This document shows, one piece after another, positions 49,001 to 59,642 of a stretch of 64,000 nt of DNA. Source of the stretch: an uncultured Rubripirellula sp. GTDB lineage: Bacteria > Planctomycetota > Planctomycetia > Pirellulales > Pirellulaceae. Under the pieces are notes generated by a model that searched no databases, was not told where the DNA came from, and saw only the letters and a program-made list of their open reading frames with translations. Each line of letters opens with the position of its first letter. Position 1 is the first letter of the stretch. The position numbers and the translations under genes were made by a program. Location of the stretch: assembly GCA_938085445.1 (NCBI GenBank), contig CALKGR010000003.1, forward strand, positions 1 to 64,000, written 5' to 3'.

Positions 49001-50412
49001 ACAACATTCTCTTCTAGTAGTGCAGTAGAAGCCAGTAACTCATTCGCCCAGTCGCTGGGCTTCAAGAATTTTTGCAACTCCCGTCGCAAATCATCACGCA
49101 CGAATACTCTTACTTGCTTGACTTGGTTATCGAATTGTTGCCTTGCCAAAGCCGAAGCAACTGGCGAAACATCACCCAAGGTGCGAATAGTCCCATCCCT
49201 ACCGAGAACATCGACATCAATATCAACTTCTAATTTTACCGGCGGTGCATCCAGCAACAAATCTGCCGGGTGGATGGGAATTCCTGTCTTGGCAGAAATT
49301 CTCTCAGCCAGTTTTTCTGAACATGCAACCAACCACCAATAAGGTTTTCTAGCCAATGACTGATGCACCTCACGACCCTCGACCAAATTGAATTCAGCAG
49401 CTCGCTTGTAGAGTCGGCGGCGTGAACCGAATAAACCCTCCGCGAGTGGTTCCGCAACACTGCCCTCAGCGGCCCGTCGCAACATTGCAACCCACGTTGC
49501 ATCGACAAGCCCAAGTGTGGATTCAAGATCAATACGATTCTGAAGCAAAAAGACACATCGTTGCAACATGGCTGTTGCTGACCTGACCGCATGATGCCAG
49601 TAAACCTCACTAAACATGACATAACGCGAGAAGACCATCATTTCGGCCGCCGTTCGACCTTTGTCCATGATGGCTAACCGCGATGTTTCCGGGTTGATGC
49701 AAAGTGCACTGATTAAACGTCCAGAGTCAAAGTTTCTGCCGTAAGGTACGCCAGCATGCAAGCTGTCACGTTGCAAATAGTCAAGCTTGTCAATGTCCAC
49801 TGGACCACTAATGCAACTGCGTAAAAAATTGCCTGCTTCTTGATCTGTTACCTGCGATTCTGACGTTGGCTCCAGCAAAGCCAACACCTGAGACGGCTCA
49901 CATTGCCAATCCTGATCGATACATTCTGCGAGACCGCTGTTGTAGATGCATTGTCTGATCCGAGACTCATGTTCGCCGAGCTCCCGAATACCCATGTCTT
50001 CAATGGGGTGACAATAAGGCCAGTGGCCTATGTCATGAATCAGAGCTGCAAGCACAAAAGCTTCCGCCATTGCGGGTGTGATCCGCTCGGTGAACTCTCC
50101 ATCAGACGAAAAGCGAGCTAAAACACGTAAAGCGTTGTGGTAGACCCCAAGCGAATGTTCCAGTCGTGAATGTGTGGCCCCTGGATAAACCAGCGACACC
50201 ATCCCAAGCTGACTGATGGAAGCCAATCGCCTCATTGGCGCTAGATCAAGAATTCGGCGCACCCGATCAGAAACCGGCACATCCTGTGCTGGTGGAATTC
50301 GCACAAGTGATCCGATGCGATGCAGGGCGACAACTTCTGGCAGCATGGACAAGCAGTGAGGCAGGAGGTGGAAAAGAGCCGGCCTTGCCAGCAGAGGAAG
50401 ATCCAGTATCAA
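48997..50412 (-). CDS. HD-domain phosphohydrolase, SAMHD1/dNTP triphosphohydrolase-like
   Basis: RRLASISQLG, YPGATHSRLEHSLG, IHDIGH.PYCH, DIDKLDYLQRDS, VYWHH. Confidence 0.88.
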   Translation of the reverse strand: MILDLPLLARPALFHLLPHCLSMLPEVVALHRIGSLVRIPPAQDVPVSDRVRRILDLAPMRRLASISQLGMVSLVYPGATHSRLEHSLGVYHNALRVLARFSSDGEFTERITPAMAEAFVLAALIHDIGHWPYCHPIEDMGIRELGEHESRIRQCIYNSGLAECIDQDWQCEPSQVLALLEPTSESQVTDQEAGNFLRSCISGPVDIDKLDYLQRDSLHAGVPYGRNFDSGRLISALCINPETSRLAIMDKGRTAAEMMVFSRYVMFSEVYWHHAVRSATAMLQRCVFLLQNRIDLESTLGLVDATWVAMLRRAAEGSVAEPLAEGLFGSRRRLYKRAAEFNLVEGREVHQSLARKPYWWLVACSEKLAERISAKTGIPIHPADLLLDAPPVKLEVDIDVDVLGRDGTIRTLGDVSPVASALARQQFDNQVKQVRVFVRDDLRRELQKFLKPSDWANELLASTALLEENVV

Positions 50413-51098
50413 ACATTTGTGGCCAGCGTGAGGCCGCTGATCAACGCCAAGACGACCGCCACGATAAAATACAAGCCGGCGAGCGTCACGCCATTCAAAG
50501 GTTCGAGGTCAAAAGTAGCAGCCGACGCAAGTGATCCCAAACCAACCATGATGGCAAAGATAATTCCAAACCACAGATAACTCATCTCAGCCGGGGAATC
50601 ATATTCCATCACGTAGCTGGGTACAAAGACGTACACCATCCATAAAGCGGCCAGAATCACTGATAAAATTAGAACCCGATTTCGTAAATCTGGCCCAACG
50701 TATGGTTCCAACTCGGAATCGCGAACAAAACTGTAGCCTGACCAGACTAGAGGTGGAGCCAGGAAGAGTGCCCCGATCGCGAGGAGGTAAACAGGAATCG
50801 TTTCCATGCCCATCCGCAATCCAACTGCAGCGGCGACTGCCAGCAGAATTGCACCAAATGTGATGAACATACCCTTTCGGGTCACATCAGTTTCGGTACG
50901 CTTCAGGGGCTTGAGAATACTGACGCCCTGGCGATCTTTCGGTGCCCCATCGTCGGGTGCATGAATGACGACTTCTTCGGAGGCATCCGGTACCTTGATC
51001 TCCTTCTTGCAATTGGGACAAGGGCCGGTCTTGCCAGCGAATTTGTCGCTGACCTGGAACCGCTTCAGACAGTTTGGACAAGTGACTTGAATCGCCAT
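50409..51098 (-). CDS. Zinc-ribbon membrane protein
   Basis: N-terminal CPNC..CPNC followed by ~5 hydrophobic segments. Confidence 0.8.
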   Translation of the reverse strand: MAIQVTCPNCLKRFQVSDKFAGKTGPCPNCKKEIKVPDASEEVVIHAPDDGAPKDRQGVSILKPLKRTETDVTRKGMFITFGAILLAVAAAVGLRMGMETIPVYLLAIGALFLAPPLVWSGYSFVRDSELEPYVGPDLRNRVLILSVILAALWMVYVFVPSYVMEYDSPAEMSYLWFGIIFAIMVGLGSLASAATFDLEPLNGVTLAGLYFIVAVVLALISGLTLATNV

Positions 51099-51186
51099 GA
51101 ATGAAAAACAAAGCCCGAGTGAAGAGTCTCAATCCGTGGATGGTGCGACGAACGCAGCGTCACAGAACAGTTTGTCAGGTAAATGC

Positions 51187-51759
51187 ATGGAACCGCAACC
51201 CGAGGAACTACGTGGACCCGAATTCACCAATGTCCCTTATGATAACCGCGCCGAGAAAGAAGCGTGCAGCCCTGGCAGGAAAGAAAACGAGCCTTCGGCT
51301 CACGTGGTGCTTTACCAACCTGAGATTCCCCAAAATACGGGTAACATCGGGAGAACCTGCGTAGCGGTGAACGCAAAACTGTGGATTGTACGTCCTGCGG
51401 CCTTCCAACTGGACGATGCCAAACTGCGACGGGCTGGGCTGGACTATTGGGCCCACCTGGAACGTGGTGACGCCGTCAATTGGGAAGACTTGGTATCACA
51501 ACTTCATCCCAGGCCGATGTACTTTTTATCGAAATTTGCAAAACGAACAATTTGGGATGCAGATTTTCGCCGTGGCGACGTCCTGGTTTTTGGGCGGGAA
51601 ACCTCGGGGCTACCCGCCTCCATACTCGACCCCGAAGATCCTCGGGCCCTTCGATTGCCTACCTCGGAACATGTTCGCAGTCTCAACCTCGCCACCACAG
51701 CAGGCATTGTCCTCTACGAGCACCAGCGACAAACTGGCGGTTATTGCAAAGATTCATAG
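51187..51759 (+). CDS. trmL: tRNA (cytidine(34)-2'-O)-methyltransferase, SPOUT
   Basis: PEIPQNTGNIGRTC, RRAGLDYW, FGRETSGLP, RSLNLA. Start uncertain. Confidence 0.92.
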   Translation: MEPQPEELRGPEFTNVPYDNRAEKEACSPGRKENEPSAHVVLYQPEIPQNTGNIGRTCVAVNAKLWIVRPAAFQLDDAKLRRAGLDYWAHLERGDAVNWEDLVSQLHPRPMYFLSKFAKRTIWDADFRRGDVLVFGRETSGLPASILDPEDPRALRLPTSEHVRSLNLATTAGIVLYEHQRQTGGYCKDS

Positions 51760-51833
51760 CAGGTTTTTCTTGCCTCGTCGTTTCCGACCGCAGTGGTTAG
51801 ACTGGATGACCATACCAGCCTCCGAGTCTTGTA

Positions 51834-52130
51834 ATGAATCAGCCTTCTTCGCAGCATCGTCTCCCCCAAATCAGTATCGCATTCATGCTGATGCTGATGT
51901 TGATCTTCTCTTTCATCTCCGCCGGACTGTTTTACGCATCGCGTGTTCCTGCGATTCAGAATGAAATCATGATGTTGGTGACGGGTGAAGTTCCTGAAAC
52001 GACCGAAAAAGATTCAGCACGTACGGCGCAAATCACTTTTGTAATGTTCACTTATACGTCTCCCCTGTTGCTTGCTGGCGTCATTTCAACTGGCATGGCT
52101 GTCCTGAAATGGTTCCAACGACCGCGATGA
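51834..52130 (+). CDS. Small two-TM membrane protein
   Basis: Two hydrophobic segments; ATGA overlap with the next gene. Confidence 0.7.
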   Translation: MNQPSSQHRLPQISIAFMLMLMLIFSFISAGLFYASRVPAIQNEIMMLVTGEVPETTEKDSARTAQITFVMFTYTSPLLLAGVISTGMAVLKWFQRPR

Positions 52131-53485
52131 ATCGTGCCCAACCCGCATTCCCTCCGGAACAAATCGCGTCAGTTCTCGGTCAGATACACTGCCCAGGTTC
52201 ACTCAATGAATTCTCTGCAGCCATGGCAAAGCCATGGCGCAATGTGATCCGGCACCGTCGTGAAATCGATCCTGTAAACCTCCCTGTTCCCAGCTCTCCA
52301 ATAGCTTGGTACGGACTGGGACGACGGCCTGCCGAAGATGCCGGTTCACCTGCCCGTAGCGTAGCGTACGCATGTGGAGACTTTTTTATACAGGATGCTG
52401 GCTCGCTCCTGGCCTTAGCTGTGGCTGGAGCCGACGGAGATGGACTGCGTGGAAAAGTCGTGTGCGATCTATGTGCAGCCCCCGGTGGCAAAGCCTCCGC
52501 CCTGCTGGAAGCAGTCTCTAGCAATGACGTCGACTCTCGTGGATTTGTGCTTGCCAATGAAGTTATCGGCAATCGGATTGCTCCCTTACAACTCAACTTG
52601 GCTCGCGCGGGTTCCGATCGTTTTGCCATCTCCAGTCTCGACCCTGAAAAGCTGGCGGACCAATTACCCCACGCATTTGACCTGCTATTGGTAGATGCTC
52701 CCTGCAGCGGCCAAGCCATGATGTCACGGGGAAAACAAAACCAATCGGCTCTGTCGACTCACCAAATCAGCCACAGTGCTTCTCGCCAGCAACGCATCCT
52801 TGAAGCTGCTGTCAAATTGGTGCGTGATGGCGGACAACTGATCTACAGCACCTGCACCTTTGCTGAAGCAGAAAATGAGGCTCAAATAAGGTTGCTCATT
52901 GAACAAGGCGTAGCCACGCCGCGACCAATTGCCGGACTGCAAGAACATGAAACTGATGCCGGTTGCTATCGCTGTTGGCCCCATGTCCATCAATGTGCGG
53001 GCAGCTTTGCAGCCTCCCTCACGATCCAACACTCTCACCACACAGAAGCGCGAAAACCGAAAAAGCGAAAGAAGGTGATTCGAACACCGATCGCACTGAC
53101 AGACTGGTACACAGGAACTCAATCTGAATCGCGTCTTCACACCAAAAATTCGGTCATTCTTGGATTTTCACCTTCCGCCCCCGAGTGGGTAGAACAGCTT
53201 GCCATCGGTGGCCCGGAAGTCGCCCACCGCGCAGGGCAAACGTGGAAACCTGCTCACGCCGGTGCACTAAGACGCAATGCATCACTCATGCCGATCAACA
53301 AAATCGAGATTCATCAAAAAGCATGCCAACAATTCATGCGCGGTGAACCGATTGAATCCGACGCGGCAGGATGGAATGCCATTCAATTCCACGGAAGACC
53401 CTTGGGCTGGGTCAAGGCCAACGGCAAGATAGGAAAAAATCATTTACCACCAGGAGCACGCATGTCTGGTGAATTGACAACGTGA
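52127..53485 (+). CDS. rsmF: RsmB/NOL1/NOP2 family m5C RNA methyltransferase, RsmF-like
   Basis: IQDAGS, DLCAAPGGK, VDAPCSG, YSTCT; C-terminal PLGWVK..KNHLP. Confidence 0.82.
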   Translation: MNRAQPAFPPEQIASVLGQIHCPGSLNEFSAAMAKPWRNVIRHRREIDPVNLPVPSSPIAWYGLGRRPAEDAGSPARSVAYACGDFFIQDAGSLLALAVAGADGDGLRGKVVCDLCAAPGGKASALLEAVSSNDVDSRGFVLANEVIGNRIAPLQLNLARAGSDRFAISSLDPEKLADQLPHAFDLLLVDAPCSGQAMMSRGKQNQSALSTHQISHSASRQQRILEAAVKLVRDGGQLIYSTCTFAEAENEAQIRLLIEQGVATPRPIAGLQEHETDAGCYRCWPHVHQCAGSFAASLTIQHSHHTEARKPKKRKKVIRTPIALTDWYTGTQSESRLHTKNSVILGFSPSAPEWVEQLAIGGPEVAHRAGQTWKPAHAGALRRNASLMPINKIEIHQKACQQFMRGEPIESDAAGWNAIQFHGRPLGWVKANGKIGKNHLPPGARMSGELTT

Positions 53486-54753
53486 TTCCCGTATTTTCAC
53501 ACTCCTGTGCAAAACGGCTGCCATTTTTCTACGGCTATGTCATGATCCCCGTAGCAATGCTGCTGCAGATCGCGACCAGCCCTGGCCAGACTTTTGCGGT
53601 CAGTGCGTTCACGCCCTATCTACGTGAATCGCTGGAACTCAGCGATAGCCAACTATCGCTGGCCTACATGCTAGGTACGCTACTTGCTGCACTTCCCCTC
53701 ATGTTGGTAGGCCCACTTTCTGATCGATACGGGTTGCAAGGCATCAGCTTGATTGCGATCGGAATGCTAGCTGCTGCATGTTACTTCGCTGCGAAAGTAA
53801 CTAACTTTTATTCTCTTTTGGCAGCGTTTTTCTTACTTCGTTTTCTAGGTCAGGGATCACTCTCGCTTCTCAGTGGTAACACAATTTCGATGTGGTTTCG
53901 CAATCGCATTGGAAGAGTATCCGCGGCTATCAGTATTGGTACAGCGATTGCTTTTGCGTGGATTCCTGAGTGGTTGCATGGTTCGATTCTCACAATTGGG
54001 TGGCGAGAAACCTATGAGTGGTTGGCAATCATCATCTCGGCAAGCATGCTGCCCATCGTCTTCTTTCTGTTTTGCAATCGACCCGAAGATATCGGGCAGA
54101 CGGTTGATGGAAATGCTGAAACCATCCCTGATCTTTCGTCTGATGGATGGGATGCCTCAGCTTCATGCTTAACCTTACGACAAGCCATTCGATGTCGTGC
54201 TTTCTCAATCCTCGCGGCCAGCAACACGATCTGGGCAATGGCTGGAACAGGAATCGTTTTTTATCTATTCACTCTCTGTAACGATCTGGGATTTGAACCA
54301 ACAGTACCTGCCAATCTTTTTAAGACCTTTGGATTGATGATGCTATTAACCCAACTGCTTGGCGGCGTGCTGGCAGACTTCCTGCCACTGAATCGTCTGC
54401 TAACCACCGGAACAATCATGCTCAGTGCAGGCTTGGCGACAGTTTCCTTCGGACAAACCGAACTCGCGTTGCACGCATTCGTCGGCTTATTTGGAGCAGG
54501 ACAGGGCTTATTGCTAGCTGTGGGTAACGTCATTTGGGTACGGTATTTCGGACGAACTCATCTGGGTGCAATTCGTGGCACCGCATGGTGCTGTATGGTA
54601 GCTGGCAGTGGTTGTGGACCCTTGCTGATGGGCGTTGCCCGCGATATCCAAGGCAACTTTGACCCCGCTCTCTATCTCTTTCTGAGTTTGATGGTCTTGC
54701 TTTCGCTGTTTGCTATCTTTGCAACACCGCCGCCCACTGCGGACAGGCACTAA
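53482..54753 (+). CDS. MFS transporter
   Basis: ~12 TM segments; GPLSDRYG, LRFLGQG, YFGRTHLGAIRG. Confidence 0.9.
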   Translation: MIPVFSHSCAKRLPFFYGYVMIPVAMLLQIATSPGQTFAVSAFTPYLRESLELSDSQLSLAYMLGTLLAALPLMLVGPLSDRYGLQGISLIAIGMLAAACYFAAKVTNFYSLLAAFFLLRFLGQGSLSLLSGNTISMWFRNRIGRVSAAISIGTAIAFAWIPEWLHGSILTIGWRETYEWLAIIISASMLPIVFFLFCNRPEDIGQTVDGNAETIPDLSSDGWDASASCLTLRQAIRCRAFSILAASNTIWAMAGTGIVFYLFTLCNDLGFEPTVPANLFKTFGLMMLLTQLLGGVLADFLPLNRLLTTGTIMLSAGLATVSFGQTELALHAFVGLFGAGQGLLLAVGNVIWVRYFGRTHLGAIRGTAWCCMVAGSGCGPLLMGVARDIQGNFDPALYLFLSLMVLLSLFAIFATPPPTADRH

Positions 54754-54938
54754 GATTCCTCTTCGTGAATCCATGTGTTTGATTCTCACGCAGCTAATAA
54801 GGGAAGTCCAAAACTGGCTTGTCTAAACTTTTTTTCGATTGCTGTTCGTTAAGAGCCTGCATTGTCGCCACTACGGGTGGCCGGCTAAATCAACGTAAAA
54901 CTGTCATTTAGGCCACCTTTTCTTCCAACAGATGAATT

Positions 54939-55604
54939 GTGATGCCAAACACAAAGAACTCATCTCGATCACAGATGCATTTCATCCCCCCAAGCAGCGG
55001 TCCACTGCGACACGCAATGGTCTCTCCAACCATGGCTGTGCTGCCTTGCATCGTGGCCTTGGTCTTGAACGTGGTAACAGGCTGTTCCAAGAAAGAAATG
55101 AGTCAAGCTCTCGAAACTGCCAAATCAAAAACCAGAGCATTTACCAACTCCGCGGTCGAAGCGGTCGAGGAGACACGACCCGAGTCAGGTGAGGTCACCC
55201 TTAACCTCGCACCCAATCGGATTACCATCTCAAACGCCGAACTCGATTTGATCTCAATCGGTGATGGCCGACCAAATGTTGTCCAGATCACCACCTATGA
55301 TCCTGATGCCTCTTCTCGGTCTTATCCAAGATTTTTGCTGCATGGCATCACCAACATATCCACAGCGTCAAACCTGGCAGGAGAGAAGGTTCAGTGCGAC
55401 GTTTATTATCAAGAGAGTGAAACGTCACCCACGGCTATGACACAACCAGGAGAGGCAATGACTGTCACTTTTCAACGAAACAATTCAACGGCCAAAGTCT
55501 TGACAGCCACTTTGGCAATGATTTCGTTACGCGGATCTGATGACAGCGTCATTCACATCGAAGGTGGTAATGTACTGGCCGTAATTCGCAAGGAAACAAA
55601 ATGA
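54939..55604 (+). CDS. Putative lipoprotein
   Basis: Hydrophobic stretch ending in a VTGC lipobox. The true start is probably later (~55017-55032). Confidence 0.65.
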   Translation: MMPNTKNSSRSQMHFIPPSSGPLRHAMVSPTMAVLPCIVALVLNVVTGCSKKEMSQALETAKSKTRAFTNSAVEAVEETRPESGEVTLNLAPNRITISNAELDLISIGDGRPNVVQITTYDPDASSRSYPRFLLHGITNISTASNLAGEKVQCDVYYQESETSPTAMTQPGEAMTVTFQRNNSTAKVLTATLAMISLRGSDDSVIHIEGGNVLAVIRKETK

Positions 55605-55605
55605 G

Positions 55606-57486
55606 ATGTTCAATTCCATTCAATCCATCATGAGCATCAAACTGCCACGACTGATCATTTTCGGGGTGTGCACTGCATTGCTGTTTCCGGGCAGCAACAC
55701 CCCTTCGATCGGTAATCCGACAGGCACGGATCGATCTCTACCATTAAAAACTCATGCGACGATTGATGGTGCGAAGGCTTTGGCAAATGAAGTACATCAA
55801 ACATATTTAGAAGAACTCGAGGTTGTGAAACGGATGTTTGCAAAGCGAGATGATCCGGCGAGTTTTTCGAACCGACAAATCTCAAAATCAGCCGCCCGAC
55901 TTTGGAAAGCTCGTCGGGATGCAAAACACCTCGAATTAATGTTTGAACCAATCGGCGGTGACCTCAGCCGAAAGCTTTTGTTACTCGCTGTACAAATTGA
56001 CCAGTTTGGCTTGTCATACTCCCGAACTCCACACGGAAGCCAAATGATGATCAACCTGATTACAAAGCTACGACATGAATCACCACAATTCCAGATCTTT
56101 CTTCAACAAGCAAAAGCCAGCCTGCAAAACAAAAGCAATCCAGAAATCCTCATAAAACAAATGGAAGCCAAAGGCATGCTGATGCGTGAATCCCTGGTTT
56201 TTTTTCGACCAGTGGAACACAAAAAATACCTCTTCAATTTTGAGTCCCTGCTCGGCACCGTAGATTTGAAATACAACAAACTGCGACGAGCGCGGTATCG
56301 CAAGCAAGCGAATAAAAAAATTGAAAGTGAAGTTGCCAGTGCTGCTGCTACTACCGAACGAATGAAACGTATTCGTCAGGAACTGCAACAGACAGGATCT
56401 GCAACTCTTGACGGCAATGTACAAGGCGATGGCACACAAGCCTTCGCACAAGTGTGCGATCTCTGGTCTCAGGCTTCAGCAAATTTAACCCGCGCCAATG
56501 CGATTGAGTGGATGGTCACTGACCAAACAGGTAATGCAAAAACATTCGAAATCGCCAGTTTAAGGAAAGAAACTTTGACCACACTGCCAGCCATCATCAA
56601 CTCAATGGCTGAAAAAACTCCCATAGACCAAATCGCGACGGCATACACCAATTTACTTCGTCAAATCAGTCAATTAGATCGTCGAACGACAGATCAGCAC
56701 CAAGTTTCCGAGGCATGTATGAATGCCTTGAAGGAATTAACCAAAAGAAGTCCGCACCTCGCCAAACACATCGCCGCCTATACTCGGGCAACCACTGAAC
56801 CGCTGAGGTGGAGGAAGCGATTTGCAAATGAACAGGCAGGTTATCTATCCAGCCAACAAGCCTCCGCCGAGGCACTGTTCAATTCCAAGGCACCTGCCGA
56901 CACCAACGATCGACCCAATTTCGCACAGCGGCGTGGCGGTGACACACTAATGGTTTCAAAAACATTCAATGAACCTTCGGACTGGATGATCGCTGAAACC
57001 GCCAAACGACTTGTGGGGCAATCCATCAAAGAAAATCGCCTGTTTCGGCTTGGACCAAAAAGCCGGACAGGTGTGATTCCCTTCGTGAATGGCCACTACG
57101 CAAATGTCGCCTTGGCACTCACACCTGAAAAGGAAATCGCTGATCTGAAAATCGCCTTGCTGATTGATGATAAGCACGATGCTCTTTCATTGGCAGGCAT
57201 GGACGCAATTTCATCCGCCGAGATGCAAGATTATGTTGCGATTGGGGGAACCATCCATGAGATCCATCTTGAAGCGTTACTGACTCGTTTCGTGGTGTTT
57301 CCCGATGCTGCTATCGCACTGGTGCCGTTAGGAGGTCTACCACAAGGTGCCGCAAATCTCGGTCCGCTGGAGCAGACTTGCTGGCGTCTGGACATCATTC
57401 CCCAATGGGCACATCACCGTTATTTTACGGTTCGCTCAACCGCTTCAAAGCCACCGGTGAGAAAAACTGCACAGACTTTCGACTGA
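55606..57486 (+). CDS. Exported hypothetical protein (helical)
   Basis: 626-aa ORF starting 1 bp after the lipoprotein gene. Confidence 0.7.
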   Translation: MFNSIQSIMSIKLPRLIIFGVCTALLFPGSNTPSIGNPTGTDRSLPLKTHATIDGAKALANEVHQTYLEELEVVKRMFAKRDDPASFSNRQISKSAARLWKARRDAKHLELMFEPIGGDLSRKLLLLAVQIDQFGLSYSRTPHGSQMMINLITKLRHESPQFQIFLQQAKASLQNKSNPEILIKQMEAKGMLMRESLVFFRPVEHKKYLFNFESLLGTVDLKYNKLRRARYRKQANKKIESEVASAAATTERMKRIRQELQQTGSATLDGNVQGDGTQAFAQVCDLWSQASANLTRANAIEWMVTDQTGNAKTFEIASLRKETLTTLPAIINSMAEKTPIDQIATAYTNLLRQISQLDRRTTDQHQVSEACMNALKELTKRSPHLAKHIAAYTRATTEPLRWRKRFANEQAGYLSSQQASAEALFNSKAPADTNDRPNFAQRRGGDTLMVSKTFNEPSDWMIAETAKRLVGQSIKENRLFRLGPKSRTGVIPFVNGHYANVALALTPEKEIADLKIALLIDDKHDALSLAGMDAISSAEMQDYVAIGGTIHEIHLEALLTRFVVFPDAAIALVPLGGLPQGAANLGPLEQTCWRLDIIPQWAHHRYFTVRSTASKPPVRKTAQTFD

Positions 57487-57490
57487 GGCC

Positions 57491-58972
57491 TCAGCGAGAA
57501 TGATCGCCTGAACTATCTTCTGTGTAATTCCTTACTGCCGAGTGTGAGTCACTGGCCGAATCATACTCCATACGACGCGAACCAGCACGACGCGCCTCTT
57601 CTCTCCACTCATCACCCGCAGCTTTCCCCATTGCGTTGACAAGAACTTGCTTCAGTGAAGAGCCACCAGCGTCTTCTTCCGACTCATGATCACCCCAACG
57701 TTGGGCACGTCGAATCTTTTGCCATAGCTTACGTGCATCCTCTGCATCCTCGGTGTAAGAAATCTCTTCATCAATGCTGAGTTTATCCAGAAAATGAGAT
57801 CGCACTGAATCAAAGTGGGCTGCACGAAAACGCTGAATCACGCGTCCCAATTCCTCAATGACATCCTGTTTCTGCTTTTGCAAGTTACGACGATCACGAG
57901 TTGCCTCTTTCAAGTCTCCTCGATCCGACTCAACACCTGACAAACGTGCCACAATCTGATCATCGGTCAAATCATTCTTTGTTGCTTCGGCGCGTTTCTT
58001 CAAATCACTTGACTTGAATCCAGCAAGTGTTTGCCTGAACAACTCAATTGCCTGTCGGTAGTGAGATCCTCGCGGGTCAGAGAGATCACGAATGCGATCC
58101 TCGATTTCATTCACTGATTCAGAAATGAAATTCGCTGTTTGTAGACTTTGCTGTCTAGCCTTGGTGAATCGCTCAGTGAGGCTTATTTTTTCCGGGAGTC
58201 CCAAGTCATTTGCAACGCGATCGCGTTTACGCTCCAATTCGTCCATGACAATATTCAATGAGCGGCGATCTTCCGCGATAATCTTTCTCATTTGATCTGG
58301 TGTCTGTCTCAGAAAATCGTAACCCTGCCTTGCCTTTGTGAAGTCGATGTAGCGAGCTAGCCAACGATCAACGCGACGAGTCAGTCCCCGACTTCGATAT
58401 CTTTTTTCTCCATAGCCACGCTCATACAAATATTGAAACAGCGTACTGGCTTGATAGGAGGGAAGCTTTCTCGCAGCATCTTGATCAATTTCGTGTAGGT
58501 TTGATTCAGCTCTCTCAAGTGCTACTTCAGCGATAGCTGCTCGATCTGCCAACTCCACAAACTGGGGCTCTTCCTGCAAGCGCTCCTCAACGACTGCTGA
58601 AACTTCGTTCTGTTCCTGAATTGCCACATCCAATACATTGGTTGCTTCCACAAGAGCCTTTTCAGTCGCGGTTCGATTTTCCTGCAACTGCTTCAGCTCT
58701 TGTTTTAAAGACCGATCCTCATCATCTTTTTGCAATAGAAGCGTTGAGATCTCTGATTGAACTTCGCGCCATGTTGAAGCGATCGCATCAGCCGTCAATT
58801 CAGGAAGATAATGTTCCGCAAGACTGCGTAATGCATCATCACGTTCTGCATCAAGTTGCTCATACTCTTTTTGCACATCGTGCATCCCCTGCCGATCTTG
58901 CTCCAATTGCTCGGTCAAGCGTTTGTATGCATCCATCAATTGTTGATGCACGGTAGGACCAGGAATCGTCAT
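57491..58972 (-). CDS. Long coiled-coil hypothetical protein
   Basis: Heptad-rich and Glu/Arg/Gln-rich, with a central aromatic segment YQASTLFQYLYERGYG..Y..DRWLARYIDF. Confidence 0.8.
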   Translation of the reverse strand: MTIPGPTVHQQLMDAYKRLTEQLEQDRQGMHDVQKEYEQLDAERDDALRSLAEHYLPELTADAIASTWREVQSEISTLLLQKDDEDRSLKQELKQLQENRTATEKALVEATNVLDVAIQEQNEVSAVVEERLQEEPQFVELADRAAIAEVALERAESNLHEIDQDAARKLPSYQASTLFQYLYERGYGEKRYRSRGLTRRVDRWLARYIDFTKARQGYDFLRQTPDQMRKIIAEDRRSLNIVMDELERKRDRVANDLGLPEKISLTERFTKARQQSLQTANFISESVNEIEDRIRDLSDPRGSHYRQAIELFRQTLAGFKSSDLKKRAEATKNDLTDDQIVARLSGVESDRGDLKEATRDRRNLQKQKQDVIEELGRVIQRFRAAHFDSVRSHFLDKLSIDEEISYTEDAEDARKLWQKIRRAQRWGDHESEEDAGGSSLKQVLVNAMGKAAGDEWREEARRAGSRRMEYDSASDSHSAVRNYTEDSSGDHSR

Positions 58973-58999
58973 CTCGCGAGCAACCTTGAATTTGAAATA

Positions 59000-59416
59000 T
59001 CAGGAAAACATAAACCAAAGTCCACCGAGGACAGTGGTGAGAGTTACGGCTGCAAGAGTCAAACGACCGCGCCAAACCCAGCAATGAGCCACGAAAGATT
59101 TCAGGCCAGGCTGAGGGTCCTGGTAGGTATGGGCAGATTCAAAAAACTGCTCAATGGCCAGCTCAATTTCTGCTTCTGTGACATTGTCACCGGACATGTG
59201 GGCCGTACGAACCAACTTGTCACGTAATTGGGTCCTCAGATCATCGCGGCGAAACATTTCTTCAGCTGTTTCCCGCTGATCCCGCATTTCCCGAGCCACA
59301 TCCATGACACGGAGAGTCTCCTGAAGCGATAGACTTTCCTCGGGTAACGAACTCGATCTTCTATGAGCTCGAACTGCTGATCGATAGGGCGTCTGGGCCT
59401 GAGACTGGTTAGCCAT
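59000..59416 (-). CDS. DUF6384-like small membrane protein
   Basis: LQETLRVMDVAREMR...LRDKL....G..V...I..A; C-terminal TM. Family name from recall. Confidence 0.7.
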   Translation of the reverse strand: MANQSQAQTPYRSAVRAHRRSSSLPEESLSLQETLRVMDVAREMRDQRETAEEMFRRDDLRTQLRDKLVRTAHMSGDNVTEAEIELAIEQFFESAHTYQDPQPGLKSFVAHCWVWRGRLTLAAVTLTTVLGGLWFMFS

Positions 59417-59642
59417 GATCTTCGCGGAGCGGGGTGGGAGTGTCCTGACCGATATGTAGTCTATTCAATCGGCACGTTTTCCGCATTCGGGGAGCGTGAA
59501 AACTGGCGGTGGGCCGGAAATCACGTTTCCCCCCTGAGTAACTGATTGCAGCCACGGGGTCTACGCGCTACGCTAATAACGGTTGGGAAGGATCGGAAAC
59601 GCCGTTTCTCCAACAACTTATTTACCAGGAGAATTTGCCGTC

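Noticed and set aside
48596..49342. 248-aa plus-strand ORF
   Set aside because: Antisense to nagB and the HD gene, with no recognisable motifs.
51096..51186. Head-to-head overlapping start codons of trmL and the Zn-ribbon gene
   Set aside because: The N-terminal extension of trmL is not family-like; a later start (51187 or beyond) leaves room for divergent promoters.
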